Source: Octopus bimaculoides
Lineage: Eukaryota
Length of the DNA: 32,098 nucleotides
Direction of reading: 5' to 3'
Assembly: GCF_001194135.2 (NCBI RefSeq)
Contig: NC_069002.1
Coordinates: 17,872,717 to 17,904,814, forward strand
The stretch's first letter is position 1. Each line of letters begins with the position of its first letter. The notes under the pieces are model-generated. The model was not told the origin of the DNA and did not search any database. It saw only the letters and a list, made by a program, of their open reading frames with translations. Positions 11,815 through 23,475 of this stretch are shown here, one piece after another. The translations under genes and the position numbers were made by a program.

Positions 11815-12010
11815 ATCATCACCATTAACATCTGTTCTCCATGCTTTGGTTGGAGATGGTTCAACAGGATCTGACAAGGCAGAGAGTTCTGTTATGCTCT
11901 ACTGTCTGTTTTGATAGGGTTTCCTAAAACCAGCCAATCTAAAGAGTATACTGAGTACTTTTTTCATGGCACCAACAGTGGTGAGGTTGCTTCTTCACAA
12001 AACTTGCAAG
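11815..12010 (-). mobile_element. Diverged RTE 3'-end copy
   Basis: catcatcatc...ttaacatctgttctccatgc...caacaggatctgacaagg, homologous to 25411-25680. Confidence 0.65.
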
Positions 12011-12191
12011 ACTAAAGAGTCTAAAGGGGTTCCAAGAGGCTCCTTTAACTGAAGAAAAATAGGAAAGAGAGAGAGAGAGGGAGTGATGATAGAATATAGA
12101 AAAATTAAGTTTAAAGTAACTATTTTTGTTGTGTTATGAAATGTTAGTTTATTTTTTTAATCTTTCTTTTTATGTATTTTATTATTCTCAG

Positions 12192-12312
12192 TTGGTCTGA
12201 ATTGCAAGTCTGGCCTCCTGGGGTATTAGTTAAACATGTCAGAGGTTTGTTCCGAGCTGAAGGAATTAATATTACTGCTGAACCTGGTAATAGTATGCAC
12301 AGTCGGTTTTAT
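12192..12312 (+). CDS. TMEM39A: TMEM39A/B orthologue, penultimate coding exon (WSELQVWPPGVLVKHVRGLFRAEGINITAEPGNSMHSRFY)
   Basis: Matches recalled TMEM39A [40 protein letters not shown]. Acceptor attctcag ends at 12191, and the first base t completes the split codon cc|t (Pro). Donor gtaagt at 12313, phase 0. Confidence 0.93.
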
Positions 12313-12534
12313 GTAAGTAGTTATTCTATTCTACACATTTACCCTTTTTATGTATGTATAAACTGTTTTGCTAATGTATAACTATAGAGAATATAGATGG
12401 TTGATTCAGTAAGTACTGGGCTTACTAGCTGATAGGCTAGTGGCTCAAGTCTCATCCCCAGCTCTACTTTTAGTTCACTGAACAGTGTACAGGTAGGAAC
12501 AACTGACTGATTTGAACAGTGGCAGCCAGGTAAT

Positions 12535-12762
12535 ATTGGTTTCAAATTTTGTCACAAGGCCAGCAGTTTTGGGGCAGGGGTTAAGTTGATTACATCAATC
12601 CCAGTGTTCAGCTGGTGCTTATTTTATCAACCCCTGAAAGGATGAAAGGCAGTCGAATCTGGCAAGATTTGAACTGAGAATGTAAAGATAGGCAAAATAC
12701 TTCTAAGCATTTTTGTCTAGCATACTTAATGATTCTGCCAGCTTGCTGCCTTGTAACCAGAT
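12535..12762 (-). mobile_element. Full-length Meta-like tRNA SINE
   Basis: Reverse complement of aaggcagcaagctggcagaatc...gagttcaaatc...gcctttcatcctttcagggg.tgataaaataagcaccag...ccttgtgacaaaatttgaaaccaata. Confidence 0.8.
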
Positions 12763-12936
12763 AATATTAACAAGTATTTCATTAACTTATTAATGTTAGG
12801 TTTGTATGGGTGTGGCTACCCATGTACCAAGTCGGTCTCTAATTAGCCACTTCATAATCTAAAAATGTAAAACAAAATTTCTGTTGACAAGGTGTCTTAG
12901 CATCACTCAGTAAGACTGTTGTTAGCTGCTCACCAG

Positions 12937-13150
12937 TTATTTAAACCGGCCATATCCAGTCCAAATATTCTATCGATTTATGCTCAGACTGACTGGATTT
13001 GGCCTCTCACACCTACCCTATAATATCATTCTAAAATTAAATAATCACATCATCAAAATCTTGAAGTTACAAGATAATGCAAGATCAGTTCAAAACAATG
13101 TGAATGAATAAGCATTACATTTGACAATAATCTGAATGCTAAACTGTTAA
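12937..13150 (-). mobile_element. TTAA-bounded (piggyBac-like) non-autonomous element
   Basis: Reverse-complement homologue of 26024-26265. Ends aatgctaaactgttaa. Confidence 0.7.
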
Positions 13151-13510
13151 AGCTCTATACATCCACACTTAGTTTACATCTGACGTCTGGACCCCACATC
13201 TTGTACAGAATATTGATCTAGTGGTAGCTGTTCAGAGACATACAACAAGGCAGATACCATATCACATATCTTGAATGTTTTGCTTCTCTGGATATTGACA
13301 CTAAAATTTTAACATCTAGCAGGTGACTGGGAAGAAGCCCACAAGATTATTCACTGTCTTTCCAACAGCAACTTTGGCTGGCCACCTTTTTGAATTCAAT
13401 TGATAAGTACCTATGACTTTTAGAAACCTTTTTCTATGCTGAGACCTATCAAAGCAAGGAATAAACTACCCACATCCATTGCTAACAGTCAGAACACTGC
13501 ATTCTTCAAA
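13151..13510 (+). mobile_element. CR1/L2-type LINE, decayed RT C-terminus
   Basis: Decayed frames read VWTPHLVQNIDLVVAVQRHTTRQIP...DIDT...AHKIIH...FFYA..IKA.NKLPTSIANSQNTAFFK, the typical CR1 C-terminal pattern (WSPH...LE.VQRRATR...WNKLP). Confidence 0.75.
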
Positions 13511-14023
13511 TGAAAATGCCAAAATAACAGGAAAATAAGAAAATTATATTTATCATTCCTAAAATACTATACTAGTATGATTTATGCATGCATGAAGTTC
13601 ATGAAGAACAACATTTTTGTGTAGATATAAGGAGGCACTAACACACTGTGGCCTTCTGAATTTTCAGTCTGTAATTTCAAAGCGTTTCTAATCTAGCCCT
13701 AACTTAGATCAAGTCATTTCTCAGTATAGACTGCAGATACTGCAGTAGGCTGCTTACTAAGTATCACTGAAATTTTTTATGTCTTGTAATGCTGGTCAAA
13801 TCATCTGAGAACCATTGATTTAGAAAGTAAATCATAGAAAGTGGAACACATTCAATGGCTTCAGTTGCTGATGTTAACTCATGAAAAACAAAGTATATGT
13901 ACATATATATACAAAAACATTTAGCATATTATATTGTATTGATCATTTAACTGTATAATTGGTTCACATCAGTCTAGACAAAAATAAACTTATCTCTTTC
14001 TTTACTGTTCTTTCATTTTCCAG

Positions 14024-14254
14024 TTTCTTTTCCACTGGCCATTAAGAATTACCAATTATTTGCTGTTTCTGTCTTTCACTTTGGTGATTTACCAATTTGT
14101 ACGGCTTCTCCTCTGTACAGAATGGAACCACATTGTATCACTAGCATTGATGCTTTTCTGCTGCGATTATACTTTATTCAAACTCTTCCGCGACCGAGTC
14201 ATATTGACTAGCACATATAAAGATGAGGAAGAGAAGGGCGATAACTCTCACTAA
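14024..14254 (+). CDS. TMEM39A: TMEM39A/B orthologue, last coding exon (FLFHWPLRITNYLLFLSFTLVIYQFVRLLLCTEWNHIVSLALMLFCCDYTLFKLFRDRVILTSTYKDEEEKGDNSH*)
   Basis: Matches recalled TMEM39A C-terminus FLFHRPLRLL...[30 protein letters not shown]. A long pyrimidine tract and ttttccag acceptor end at 14023, phase 0. Stop taa at 14252-14254. Confidence 0.93.
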   Translation, partial: FLFHWPLRITNYLLFLSFTLVIYQFVRLLLCTEWNHIVSLALMLFCCDYTLFKLFRDRVILTSTYKDEEEKGDNSH

Positions 14255-14668
14255 TCAACACAATTTGGAAGTGATATAATATGAAATATAAGAAGTCCAC
14301 TTTAAACATTGGCCAGTCATAAAGAAAATCCTTCTCTGACTCAGTCTTCTTTTTCCCTCCTGGTTATAAAAAAGCTGTTTGAGGAAGAAAATAATTCCAG
14401 CAGCTAAATTGATTACCAATTTTTTTCTTTCTTTTCAAACTTTAAAATATCTCTTTCCAAGAGAATTCAATCCAGTTTCAAACAAAAAGGTTTTGAAAGA
14501 GCTTCTGAGGAAATCAATACTTTTAACCTTTTAACAGATTGTTGTGAAATGTAAAACAGTATCTTTTCCTTTCTTCCTGCTCTGCTAAATAAAATAAAAA
14601 CCTAAATAATATGTGATATAGGGACCAAAAATATTTATATTTTTTAATACTTCTTTTATGAAGAAATC

Positions 14669-14740
14669 AATAAAAGCACTACACTCAGTCAACAAGTTTG
14701 TTTTTCTTTTCCGCCTTTTCGATTTTTGCTTTGTCTTCAG
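14669..14740 (+). terminator. Probable polyadenylation signal of the TMEM39 transcript
   Basis: AATAAA at 14669-14674 is followed about 25 nt later by a GT/T-rich tract (gtttgtttttctttt...). Alternative AATAAA hexamers lie at 14588 and 14593. No transcript evidence is available. Confidence 0.5.
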
Positions 14741-15899
14741 TATTGTACCTCATCGTCATCATTATATCTGCTTTTTCTATGTAGGTATACATTAAATGAA
14801 ATTTCTGGAAGCAGATGTTAACAGGCAGGTGCCTTCCTGTCATCAACCCTACCTATTTTCACTTGTCTTCACAAAAAAAGCAATTCTTTGAATTACCACA
14901 CCCCTCCCCATTGGACAAGGTAGTCCAGAAGATTACAAAGATTGGATGCTTTGCTATAATTTCAGCCTTTACCTCTTTGAGTCAGAGGATATTATCATAA
15001 CATACAGTGTATCAAACATTTTTAGATTTGGCATAGCCCATCCCTCTCCTGGTTTGGCCACTGCTGATTTCTTCCAGATGGAGAGAAGGAGATAGAAAGA
15101 AAGAATAAGAGAAAGGAAAAGAATCAGCTCTAGTACACGACTGGTACATTTTGTGGACCCTGATAGAAGACAAAATTGACCTCATGGCATATGAACTCAC
15201 TGCATAGAAGGCTGGAATGGTTATCATAAATCAATTAATTCAACTGATGCTTTAACAACTTTTATTCTCAGCCAAAATTAAGCACAGCAAAAAGGAGCTC
15301 AAGAAGAATTGTTACAGTAGTTTGTACAGCACCGTACAATGTCTTGGTGACACTCACTTGCTTCTAAAGACTGGATAGTCATAGCTGAAATATCTTTGGT
15401 CCTAAGTCACCTCAATCAGAAAAGACCAGGATCTTAACAAAATCTACTATCATTGCTACTTACTACTACTACTACTACTCTCATAGGATGAAAGTGGTGT
15501 TGGTTTTTTTCCTGAATGTAATTTTACCAAATTACATTCCCTTTACCATTGGTTGTTGGGTCATTCTTTCTCTTTTATATCTTGCTTTGCAGTCATCCCC
15601 AAATGTGACATCTGTTTTTCAGTGCAGCCTTCATCTATTCTATTTCTAATATATTATCAGACAATTGTGATCTGAAAATTGTTTAGCCCATGGTCAGCCC
15701 TGATCTAGAAAATCCATGATCAGACATTATGCCTATGTTTAATTTGTCCACCCCACCACTATAAATAGTGTGCCTAGAACTAGATAATCCAATGCATCAT
15801 TTTTTTTTTTTTTGAAAGAATGTGATTTGAGGGAGATGTAATTATTATTTTAACAGATTGAGTCACCAAGTAGAAGCTTCTTGGCTCTTGTCAAAAATG

Positions 15900-16450
15900 T
15901 TACAGTGTGCTGAACAAGTATTTTGATACCATTTTGTCCTCTCCTCTACATCTCCCTACACAACCCTCTTCTGCTCATTACCTCCACCATCTTTCATTGT
16001 GTCTTACTCAGTCTTCCTGTTCCTCTTCTACTTCCTTCCACATTCATTTTCATCACTCCTCTCACCCTGTCATTTCCATCCTTCCTCATTTCTCTTCACA
16101 ACATCCATTCACTGACTCAGTTTCTATCATTCTCAAAAATTCATTAATATATCTTACTGAGATGCTGTTTTACAATCAGATGCCCTTTCTGCCACTAATT
16201 CTCCTCTCCCAATAATATTTCACTCATCAATCAAACCATTCTCATTTCTTTTCTTAGTCTGCTCCATGTTCATTCCCCATGTCTCACTCCCATGGATTCC
16301 TTCTGCATGCAACTTCACCTTTTTCAACAGCAACAACTTTCTTTCTCATTAGTACACTTCTCCATTCTAAGAACTTTCATGTATATCTCACTCTAACCAT
16401 TGCCACCAAATTTATTCCAGTTTCCAAAATATGTAAGCATTTACAAACTT
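15900..16450 (-). mobile_element. Highly decayed RTE LINE RT C-terminal fragment
   Basis: Minus frames give RVMKMNVEGSRRGTGRL and RVRYT.KFLEWRSVLM...KVKL, which echo the RTE C-terminal motifs. Confidence 0.55.
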
Positions 16451-17063
16451 CTTGCTCACTATCTAAGATGCCAAGTCTACCAAGTGGAATAGATATTTTC
16501 AGCAATATTATTATAAATTATGCTGTATCCAACTTCTTACACTGATGAATTGCACCATTCCTTGCTACCCATTTACTGGTAAATAGACATTACTTCATTT
16601 CTTTTCAATAAGAATAGGAGGATCAGTTCTCATGATCTTTGCTGGCTTTACAGATCATTGTGAATTAAATGCAGCTCAGAAATAACGGTACAGTTAAGAA
16701 GTTTGTTTCAAACATCCTGGTTTTCAACCCCACTGTACAGCCCCCCGGGCAAGTATGTGGGATCTGTCATGACCTTAAATCAAACTTTTCCTTCATTTGT
16801 TTTATGTCCATTTTTCCATGTTAGTATGGAATAGACATATATATTATTGAGATATTGTTTTACAGCCAGATGCCCTTATTGTCACTAAATGTTACTTGTT
16901 GTATGTGACCCTTTATTTTACATGTTTTGTTCAAAGGTGTGAAATGAGATGAGGATTTATTGAAAGGAGATGTGATAACAACACTCATAGTTAACAACTT
17001 TTGTAGAATACAAATCTAAGCAAGTGAATGCACACACACGCACGCTCACATACATACTGATAT

Positions 17064-19681
17064 ATATATATGGATTTCAGGGTGTACAGGAGGTTATGGC
17101 TTTGGCTCCAGAAATGAGATGGGGGACAAAGTTGCTGGAGTTTTGTGATGTGCATGGCTTACTGGTTTGCAATAATAACTTCAGGAAACCTACCAACTAT
17201 TTCATCACTTATCAATCTAGTGGGTATACCAATCAGATCAACCAGACACAGGGATAGGTCTATGTTAGTAAATGCAAACTATTCCTCAGTGGAAGAATGT
17301 ATAATGCAGCATAGATTAGTGGTTAGTGATCTCAGACTTAGGACCAGAAAGATCCAGAGACACAAGCTGATATGAAAAAGAAGGTTGTGGAAGCTCAAGG
17401 ATCCTTCAAACTGGCATAGAGATGTTCTTAATGAAGTCTTTGCTGAGGAGGAGAGAGATAGAGATGTATGATGTAGAGGACAATTGGAAGTTTCAATAGG
17501 TGACAGACCAAATCTATGGTTGGAGCAAAGCTTCTTCCAGACCAAGGGTGACATGACAGTGGAACAGCAACATGGATAGGGCCATAACAGGGCTAGAAAG
17601 AATGGAAAAGATTGGGTAGCAAAGAATCGTTTCAAAAAGCTAAAAGGGAAGCTAGACGTCAAATTTACCTAGCTTGGGCAAAAGCAGAAAGAAAGCTGTT
17701 TACCAATGTCTTGCAATGTGAAAATCAGAGACATGAGGTGTTCCTGATTGCAAAACAGTGTGCCCGAGAGAAGTGTGTATGAATGGATAATAGTATGCTT
17801 GCACTTAGTGATTCAAACAAGAAAGAGGCATTGAAGGGTTACAATGTAAGGTTATTGAATATTGAGAATGAATGAGATAAAGAGACTCTTCCTTGTGTGA
17901 CCCCAACAGAGACACCAGCAGATAAGGCAATTAAAGACAGAAAAACAGAAAACCCCCTGGTCCATCTGGAGTCACTACTGAGATGCTCAAAATATCTGGT
18001 ATGGTAGGATATGGACTGGTCACCCATATAGTTGATTAGGTTATTCAGGAAGGCATAATACCCAGTGACTGGTGTAGCAGCACTATTGTAAGCTGTTACA
18101 AGGGTAAGGGAGACGCCATAGATAGAAGCAATTATAGAGGCATCAAACTCCTGTATCAGGTGATGAAAATTAGAAGGAGAGTTATAACCCAATTAATTAG
18201 GAGCAGAGTTAAGCTAGATGAAATGCAGTTTGGCCTTGCCCCAATGAGTAGCAATACTGATGCCATTTTCAGTCAGGCAAGAGAACTACTTAGCCAAGAA
18301 TAAGCCATTATACTTGATATTTGTTGATCTAGAGAAAGTCTTTGATAAAGTACCCCTGCTATGTGATATGGTGGGCTCTGAGAAGGCTATGGATAGACAA
18401 GTGGCTTGTGAAAGCTGTACAAGGGTTCTGTCAGTAAGGTGAGAATTAACAAGCACAGCAAAGAATTTGGTGTACAGGTAAGTGTTCATAAAGGGTCAGT
18501 CCTCAGTCCGCCTACTTTTCATCACTCTCCTCCAGGCCATACAGAGGAATTCAAGACTAGCAGCCCCTGGGAACTACTATATGCTGACAATCTTGCCCTC
18601 CTAGCAGATTCTATATCAGAACTAGAAAAGAAATTCCAGTTGTGGAAGCAAAACCTAGAAGAATCTAAGGGTCTTAAGGTTAACTCAGCAAAGACTAAGG
18701 TCTTAGTAAGCAAGAAAACAGACAAGACCCTATCCCCTTCAGGTACGTGGTCCTGCTTGATTTGTAGGAAAGATGTAGGCAGGAATTCCATACTTTGTAC
18801 TCAATGTAAGTTTTGAACTCAAGATGTGCAGTTGAATAATACAAAGATCATCCGAGAATATAGTGTATGTAGAAGATGCACAGGAGCCATAAAAACTACA
18901 GATACTTGGAAACTTGATTTTCTCAAATGCCCTGAAGGCTCTTAAGAGGTAGTGGATAATTTCTGCTACCTAAGGGACCAAAACAGTAGTTGGAGAGAAT
19001 GTACAGAAAGTGTTATAGGGCAGAGAAACTTCAGATATCTCTTACCTTTGTTGGCAACCAAGAGTTTCTGTCTCTGAGTGAAAGGAAAATTGTATGATGC
19101 ATGCATATGAATAGCAATTCTATATGGTAGTGAAACATGGGCCCTGAATGTAGAAGATATGTGAATAAAACTAGTATGCTCTGCTGAATGTATAATGTAA
19201 GTGTACATGTGTGACAGACTGTTAGTGTATTGAGAGAAAAGTTAGGCATAAAAGGAATTAGATGCAGTGTGCAAGAGAGAAGACTGTACTGGTTTGATCA
19301 TGTGATGCCAAAAGCTCCATAAGGAAGTGCCGTTCACGCAAAGTGGACAGAACTTGTGGAAGAGGGAGACCCAAGAAGACACAGGACGAAGTACTGAAGG
19401 ATGACCTCAGAACACTGAATCTTTTGGACGAGATGACAAAAGACCAGGATACCTGGCACCTTGCTGTACTCAAGAAGACCCATCCTCTACAGCAGAAATG
19501 TTAAGGCCACATCCCCTGGTGAAAAGATCCACCTGCAAGAGTCCTATGTCGGCGCTACATAAAAGAACTCATGCAGGTAGCACTTTAAAAGTGATTGCTG
19601 TTAGGAAGGGCATTCAACCTTAGAAACCAAGCCAAACCAGATTGGAACCTTGTACAGCTTGCCAGCTTGGGTCAAACTGTC
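17064..19681 (+). mobile_element. RTE-clade LINE, 5'-truncated and decayed (APE C-half, RT, C-terminus, 3'UTR)
   Basis: Frameshifted motifs include GYGFGSRNE, KLLEFCDVHGLLVCNNNFRKP, HRLVVSDLRLR, YLIFVDLEKVFDKVP, VHKGSVLSP, WELLYADNL, WSCLICRKDVGRNSILCTQCK, KGKLYDACI and GRGRPKKT. The 3'UTR is homologous to the RTE 3' ends elsewhere in the window. Confidence 0.92.
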
Positions 19682-19744
19682 CATCATCATTATCCTTTAA
19701 TGTCCATTTTCCGTGCTAGCATGGGTTAGATAGTCTCATATATA

Positions 19745-20581
19745 CACCCAGAACCACGCTAATAGCTTAGGAGTGAAATTTAGGGTTTCTCAGTTTTCTG
19801 TGAGTTGATTTTGATAAAACTTTTCTCAGCTGGTTTGCACACTATGGCAACACCATTGTTATGTTTTCATTATTCTGTGTAATGTCCTTTTTTATTTCAG
19901 ATTCTTCAGTTTTTGGATGAACCATGCTAATAACTTTTGAATGAAAATAGCCCATGTAGACAGTTTTTCAGAAAATGGAGGGTAATGATACATATTAAGC
20001 ACACATTCGGGGCCCATGGAGAAATGCTATTAGCATGGTTCACCCCCAAAACTGAAGAATTTAGGATTTCAAACAAGGGAATCTAGTACCCCCACTCAGC
20101 TCAAAACAATATAAGGACACAAATCGTGTCATATAGCCAGCTGGAGACGATGTCACCTCAGGCTAAATTACAGTAATATTCGTCCTAAACCAGGACTGCA
20201 ATGTTATGTTGGCAAACAGTCTTTACTACAAAGTACTGTTTCTGAATATCTCTCGTTGTGAAATTTAAAAATAGTAATTTTCTAATTTATAGATTAGTGA
20301 CAAGTTGTCACTTTGAAAACTATATATTTCGAATGGGAATTTGGCAGTGCCATCTCTAGCCGAACAATTATTCTGTGCTCATGAAGGGAAATAACCCGGA
20401 AATTGCGATACACAGATATTGTTTTGAGCTGAGTGGGGGTGCTAGATTCCTTTGTTCAAAAATATAAGGACACAGATCGTGTCATATAGCCAGCTGGAGA
20501 CGATGTCTCCTGGGGCTAAATTACAGCAACATTTGTCCTAAACCAGGACTGCCATGTTATGTTGGCAAACAACCTTTACTA
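19745..20581. repeat. Complex inverted/direct repeat region, probably a rearranged non-autonomous DNA element
   Basis: Inverted repeat 19901-19932/20028-20060, inverted repeat 20072-20112/20416-20456, and direct repeat 20108-20228/20461-20581. Confidence 0.7.
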
Positions 20582-20810
20582 AAACCCTTTTGTTACCATA
20601 TTTCTGTTGAGATGCTCTGTGTTTCTTTCAATTTATTTTAAATATAACCAAGAATTTAGTAAAATAGCTTAGTTATCATTAAGCTAGTGTTAGGAACATA
20701 AATTGTGACTAAAGTTTGGTGGAAGATTTTAATTCAGAACTTTTGAAAACAAGACGTTTGTACTATAGAGCCAGAGGTGATTTCAGCTGGGCTAGTATCA
20801 AAAGAGTTAA
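20582..20810 (+). mobile_element. TTAA-type MITE (second family)
   Basis: Ends aacccttttgttacc ... tagtatcaaaagagttaa are imperfect inverted termini resembling piggyBac TTAACCCTT...AAGGGTTAA. Confidence 0.6.
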
Positions 20811-21362
20811 GGCAGTGCTCCAGCATGGCACGAGTCTAATGACTAAAACAAGTAAAAGAATAAACAAGAAATATGTATACATCAATGTATTGCCAGTTTG
20901 GAGTATAACCCAGTTGGTAATGCTTCATTATAGTAGTCCTTAAATACCTCAAATTCCATGGCCTTTCCTCCATAATCTTAGGAACATATGCTTCATTTGA
21001 TTATTAAGAGAGATGTTTTGTTAAGGTTATTTCTAAAGATATTCTATAGAACTTATAGCCAGCACTGATTTTTGCCACTACGTTTTATATCGAGACATCA
21101 GATGTAAACAATGTGATCGAAGACAAAAGTGGGTAATGAATGTATATGCTATATTGTGGGGGTTGTTGCCCCTTCTTCAGCACTCACCTAACCCACAATG
21201 TGTGCCTCTGAACACATTGCTTATATAACCACCACATACAGCAGCGTTAAGTTATTGGCTATACCAATTTATATATTAGACACATTCCTGGGGCTGGTAT
21301 GTAAACATTAAAGATTTGTAGGTACATGGTATTTCATTATGCAAACACAATATACTATAAGA

Positions 21363-21818
21363 TAAGGAGGTGAGCTGGGAGAAACGTTAGCACACCAGGC
21401 GAAATGCTTAGCGGTATTTTGTCTGCCGTTATGTTCTGAGTTCAAATTCCGCCGAGGTCGACTATGCCTTTCATCCTTTCAGGGTCGATAAATTAAGTAC
21501 CAGTTACGCACTGGGGTTGATGTAATCGACTTAATCCCTTTGTCTGTCCTTGTTTGTCCCCTCTATGTTTAGCCCCTTGTGGGCAATAAAGAAATAAGAA
21601 TCGTTAGCATGCCAGGTGAAATGCTTGGGGGGTATTTCATCTGCCAGTATTTCATTCTGAGTTCAAATTCCATCGAGGTTGACTTTGCCGTTCATCCCTT
21701 CGAGATTGATTAAATAAGTACCAGTTACACAGTGGAGTCGATGTAATCAACTTAATCCCTTTTTGTCTGTCCTTGTTTGCCCCCTTATGTTTAGCCCCCG
21801 TGGGCAATAAAGAAATAA
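21363..21818 (+). mobile_element. Tandem dimer of young Meta-like tRNA SINE
   Basis: Two similar units (21363-21600 and about 21597-21818) with CpG-rich gagttcaaattccgccgaggtcgact.tgcctttcatcctttc.gggtcgataaattaagtaccag and an A-rich tail ggcaataaagaaataa. Confidence 0.9.
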
Positions 21819-23184
21819 AAAAATCATGATACAAAACATTGTAGCAAAAATCAGTGCTGGCTATGAGTTCTCTAGAATATCTGTAGTAATAACCTTAACA
21901 AAATAATGTACGAGCACTGCTGACGCAATAGAATGTGGTACTGATTTATGAAAACATTTAATCTATCTTATAGTATATTGTGTTTGCATAACGAAGTACC
22001 ATGTTCCTACAAGAGATGTTTCTTGAAATTTCTTCATTTTTTTATCCCCTAAGTTTTTATAGAATATGTTTAGAGCCATGTTGGCATATTTCTTCAATGG
22101 TTTCAAATCACAGCTAGAGTTCTCTGAACTTTCTCCTGACAGTTCTTATTCTAGAAACTAGAGGAGGCGAAGGAGAAGGAGAAGAAGAAGAAGAGTATAA
22201 TTGATAATATCGACTGCTGTACATATTTTATATCAATCTGTACTTATTTTATAATCAAAGTTAATACTATCAGGATTTGCACTCAGAATGTAAAGCAAAG
22301 TATTATGTCTGCCACTCCCCATAATAGTTTAAGGATGAAAAAAACTTGCAAAATAGAGAGACTGCAACTTCTTAATGGTGTAGTATACAATAAAAAAAAA
22401 AAAGAATTTAAGAAAAGGTATTAATTGTCAGTTAGTGATTATAGTGACAAGAAAATTAACAGATACATCATTTGAAACAAAAGAATAGAAATTGTATCAT
22501 GAGATTAAGCAATAACAATTCAAATAAATGCAGTGGACAACATATAAACCTTTTATGTCTAGAGTATTTTGTCATCATACAATGATCTACATAACTTTGC
22601 TATGAAGGTTAAAAGCTTAAAGAATTAAATATGATCTTAGCATATTGTGTCCCTTGTGTCTCATTTAAACATAACCCACACCTTGATTCTCATCCAAAGA
22701 GAAACCAACACCTTGATCAATAAGCATTGATTGTCAATTAATCTTGATTACTGTCTTTATTAGCAAAGTATGTTTGTAGTCAAAGTAAAGCCATTTTTTA
22801 TTCATCTGATGGAAACATATTTTTTTCAAATGGTGCAATGAACACATTAACAATATCAATTTAATCCATTGCTCAGCAAAACACCATGACCTCTGGCTTA
22901 AGAGCTGCTAGCAGAATCTATGACTCTGAACAAGTCCCACATCTGAGTATATTTTTCCTTTCTTTCCTCCCAGCAGTCTCAGAGTCCCTGAAAGGAGTCA
23001 CAGGAGATACCCTTCCTCATCTGACTTAATAACCATAAAAAATCATACATTAAAAAAGAGAAGTGAATCTCTGTCTGTCTGTCTGTCACAACATCTATTA
23101 AAGGGACGGAAAGAAGGGGAAGGATCAAAATATCCCTAACAAAGTATTTTTAGAAGGGGAGGAGAAAGGTTGCTGTTGAGAACA

Positions 23185-23260
23185 GAGGTAAGAGCTCTCT
23201 GAACTTTGCCCAGGCTATTCTTATTCTAGCAGCTACACTCTCAGCTCACCCTCCCCTGTT
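23185..23260 (-). mobile_element. Short RTE RT fragment
   Basis: cagaggtaagagctctctgaactttgcccaggctattcttatt.tagcagctacact is nearly identical to about 2496-2550. Confidence 0.8.
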
Positions 23261-23475
23261 CTCTGCACATTTCCAGTGCTTATTGTTCTTATATATATAT
23301 GTGTATGTATATAAAAACATTATACGCATATGTGTGTAGACACATACATTCTTGTATAACCATCTGTATATCATACTTAAAGCAAATACATCATGAAAAG
23401 ACAAATTAACTCCAATATTCATCTGGTGATAATATCTCTTATGGATGTATTGTGTTTAAAAACACAAATATATTA

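Noticed and set aside
14216-14239. YKDEEEK resembles the FLAG epitope (DYKDDDDK)
   Set aside because: Coincidental similarity within the native TMEM39 tail; no vector or engineered context.
21363-21460. tRNA genes suggested by A/B-box-like motifs (also at 4519, 23476, 26790 and 29393)
   Set aside because: They continue into multi-copy SINE cores and tails and do not form a complete cloverleaf, so they are SINE heads.
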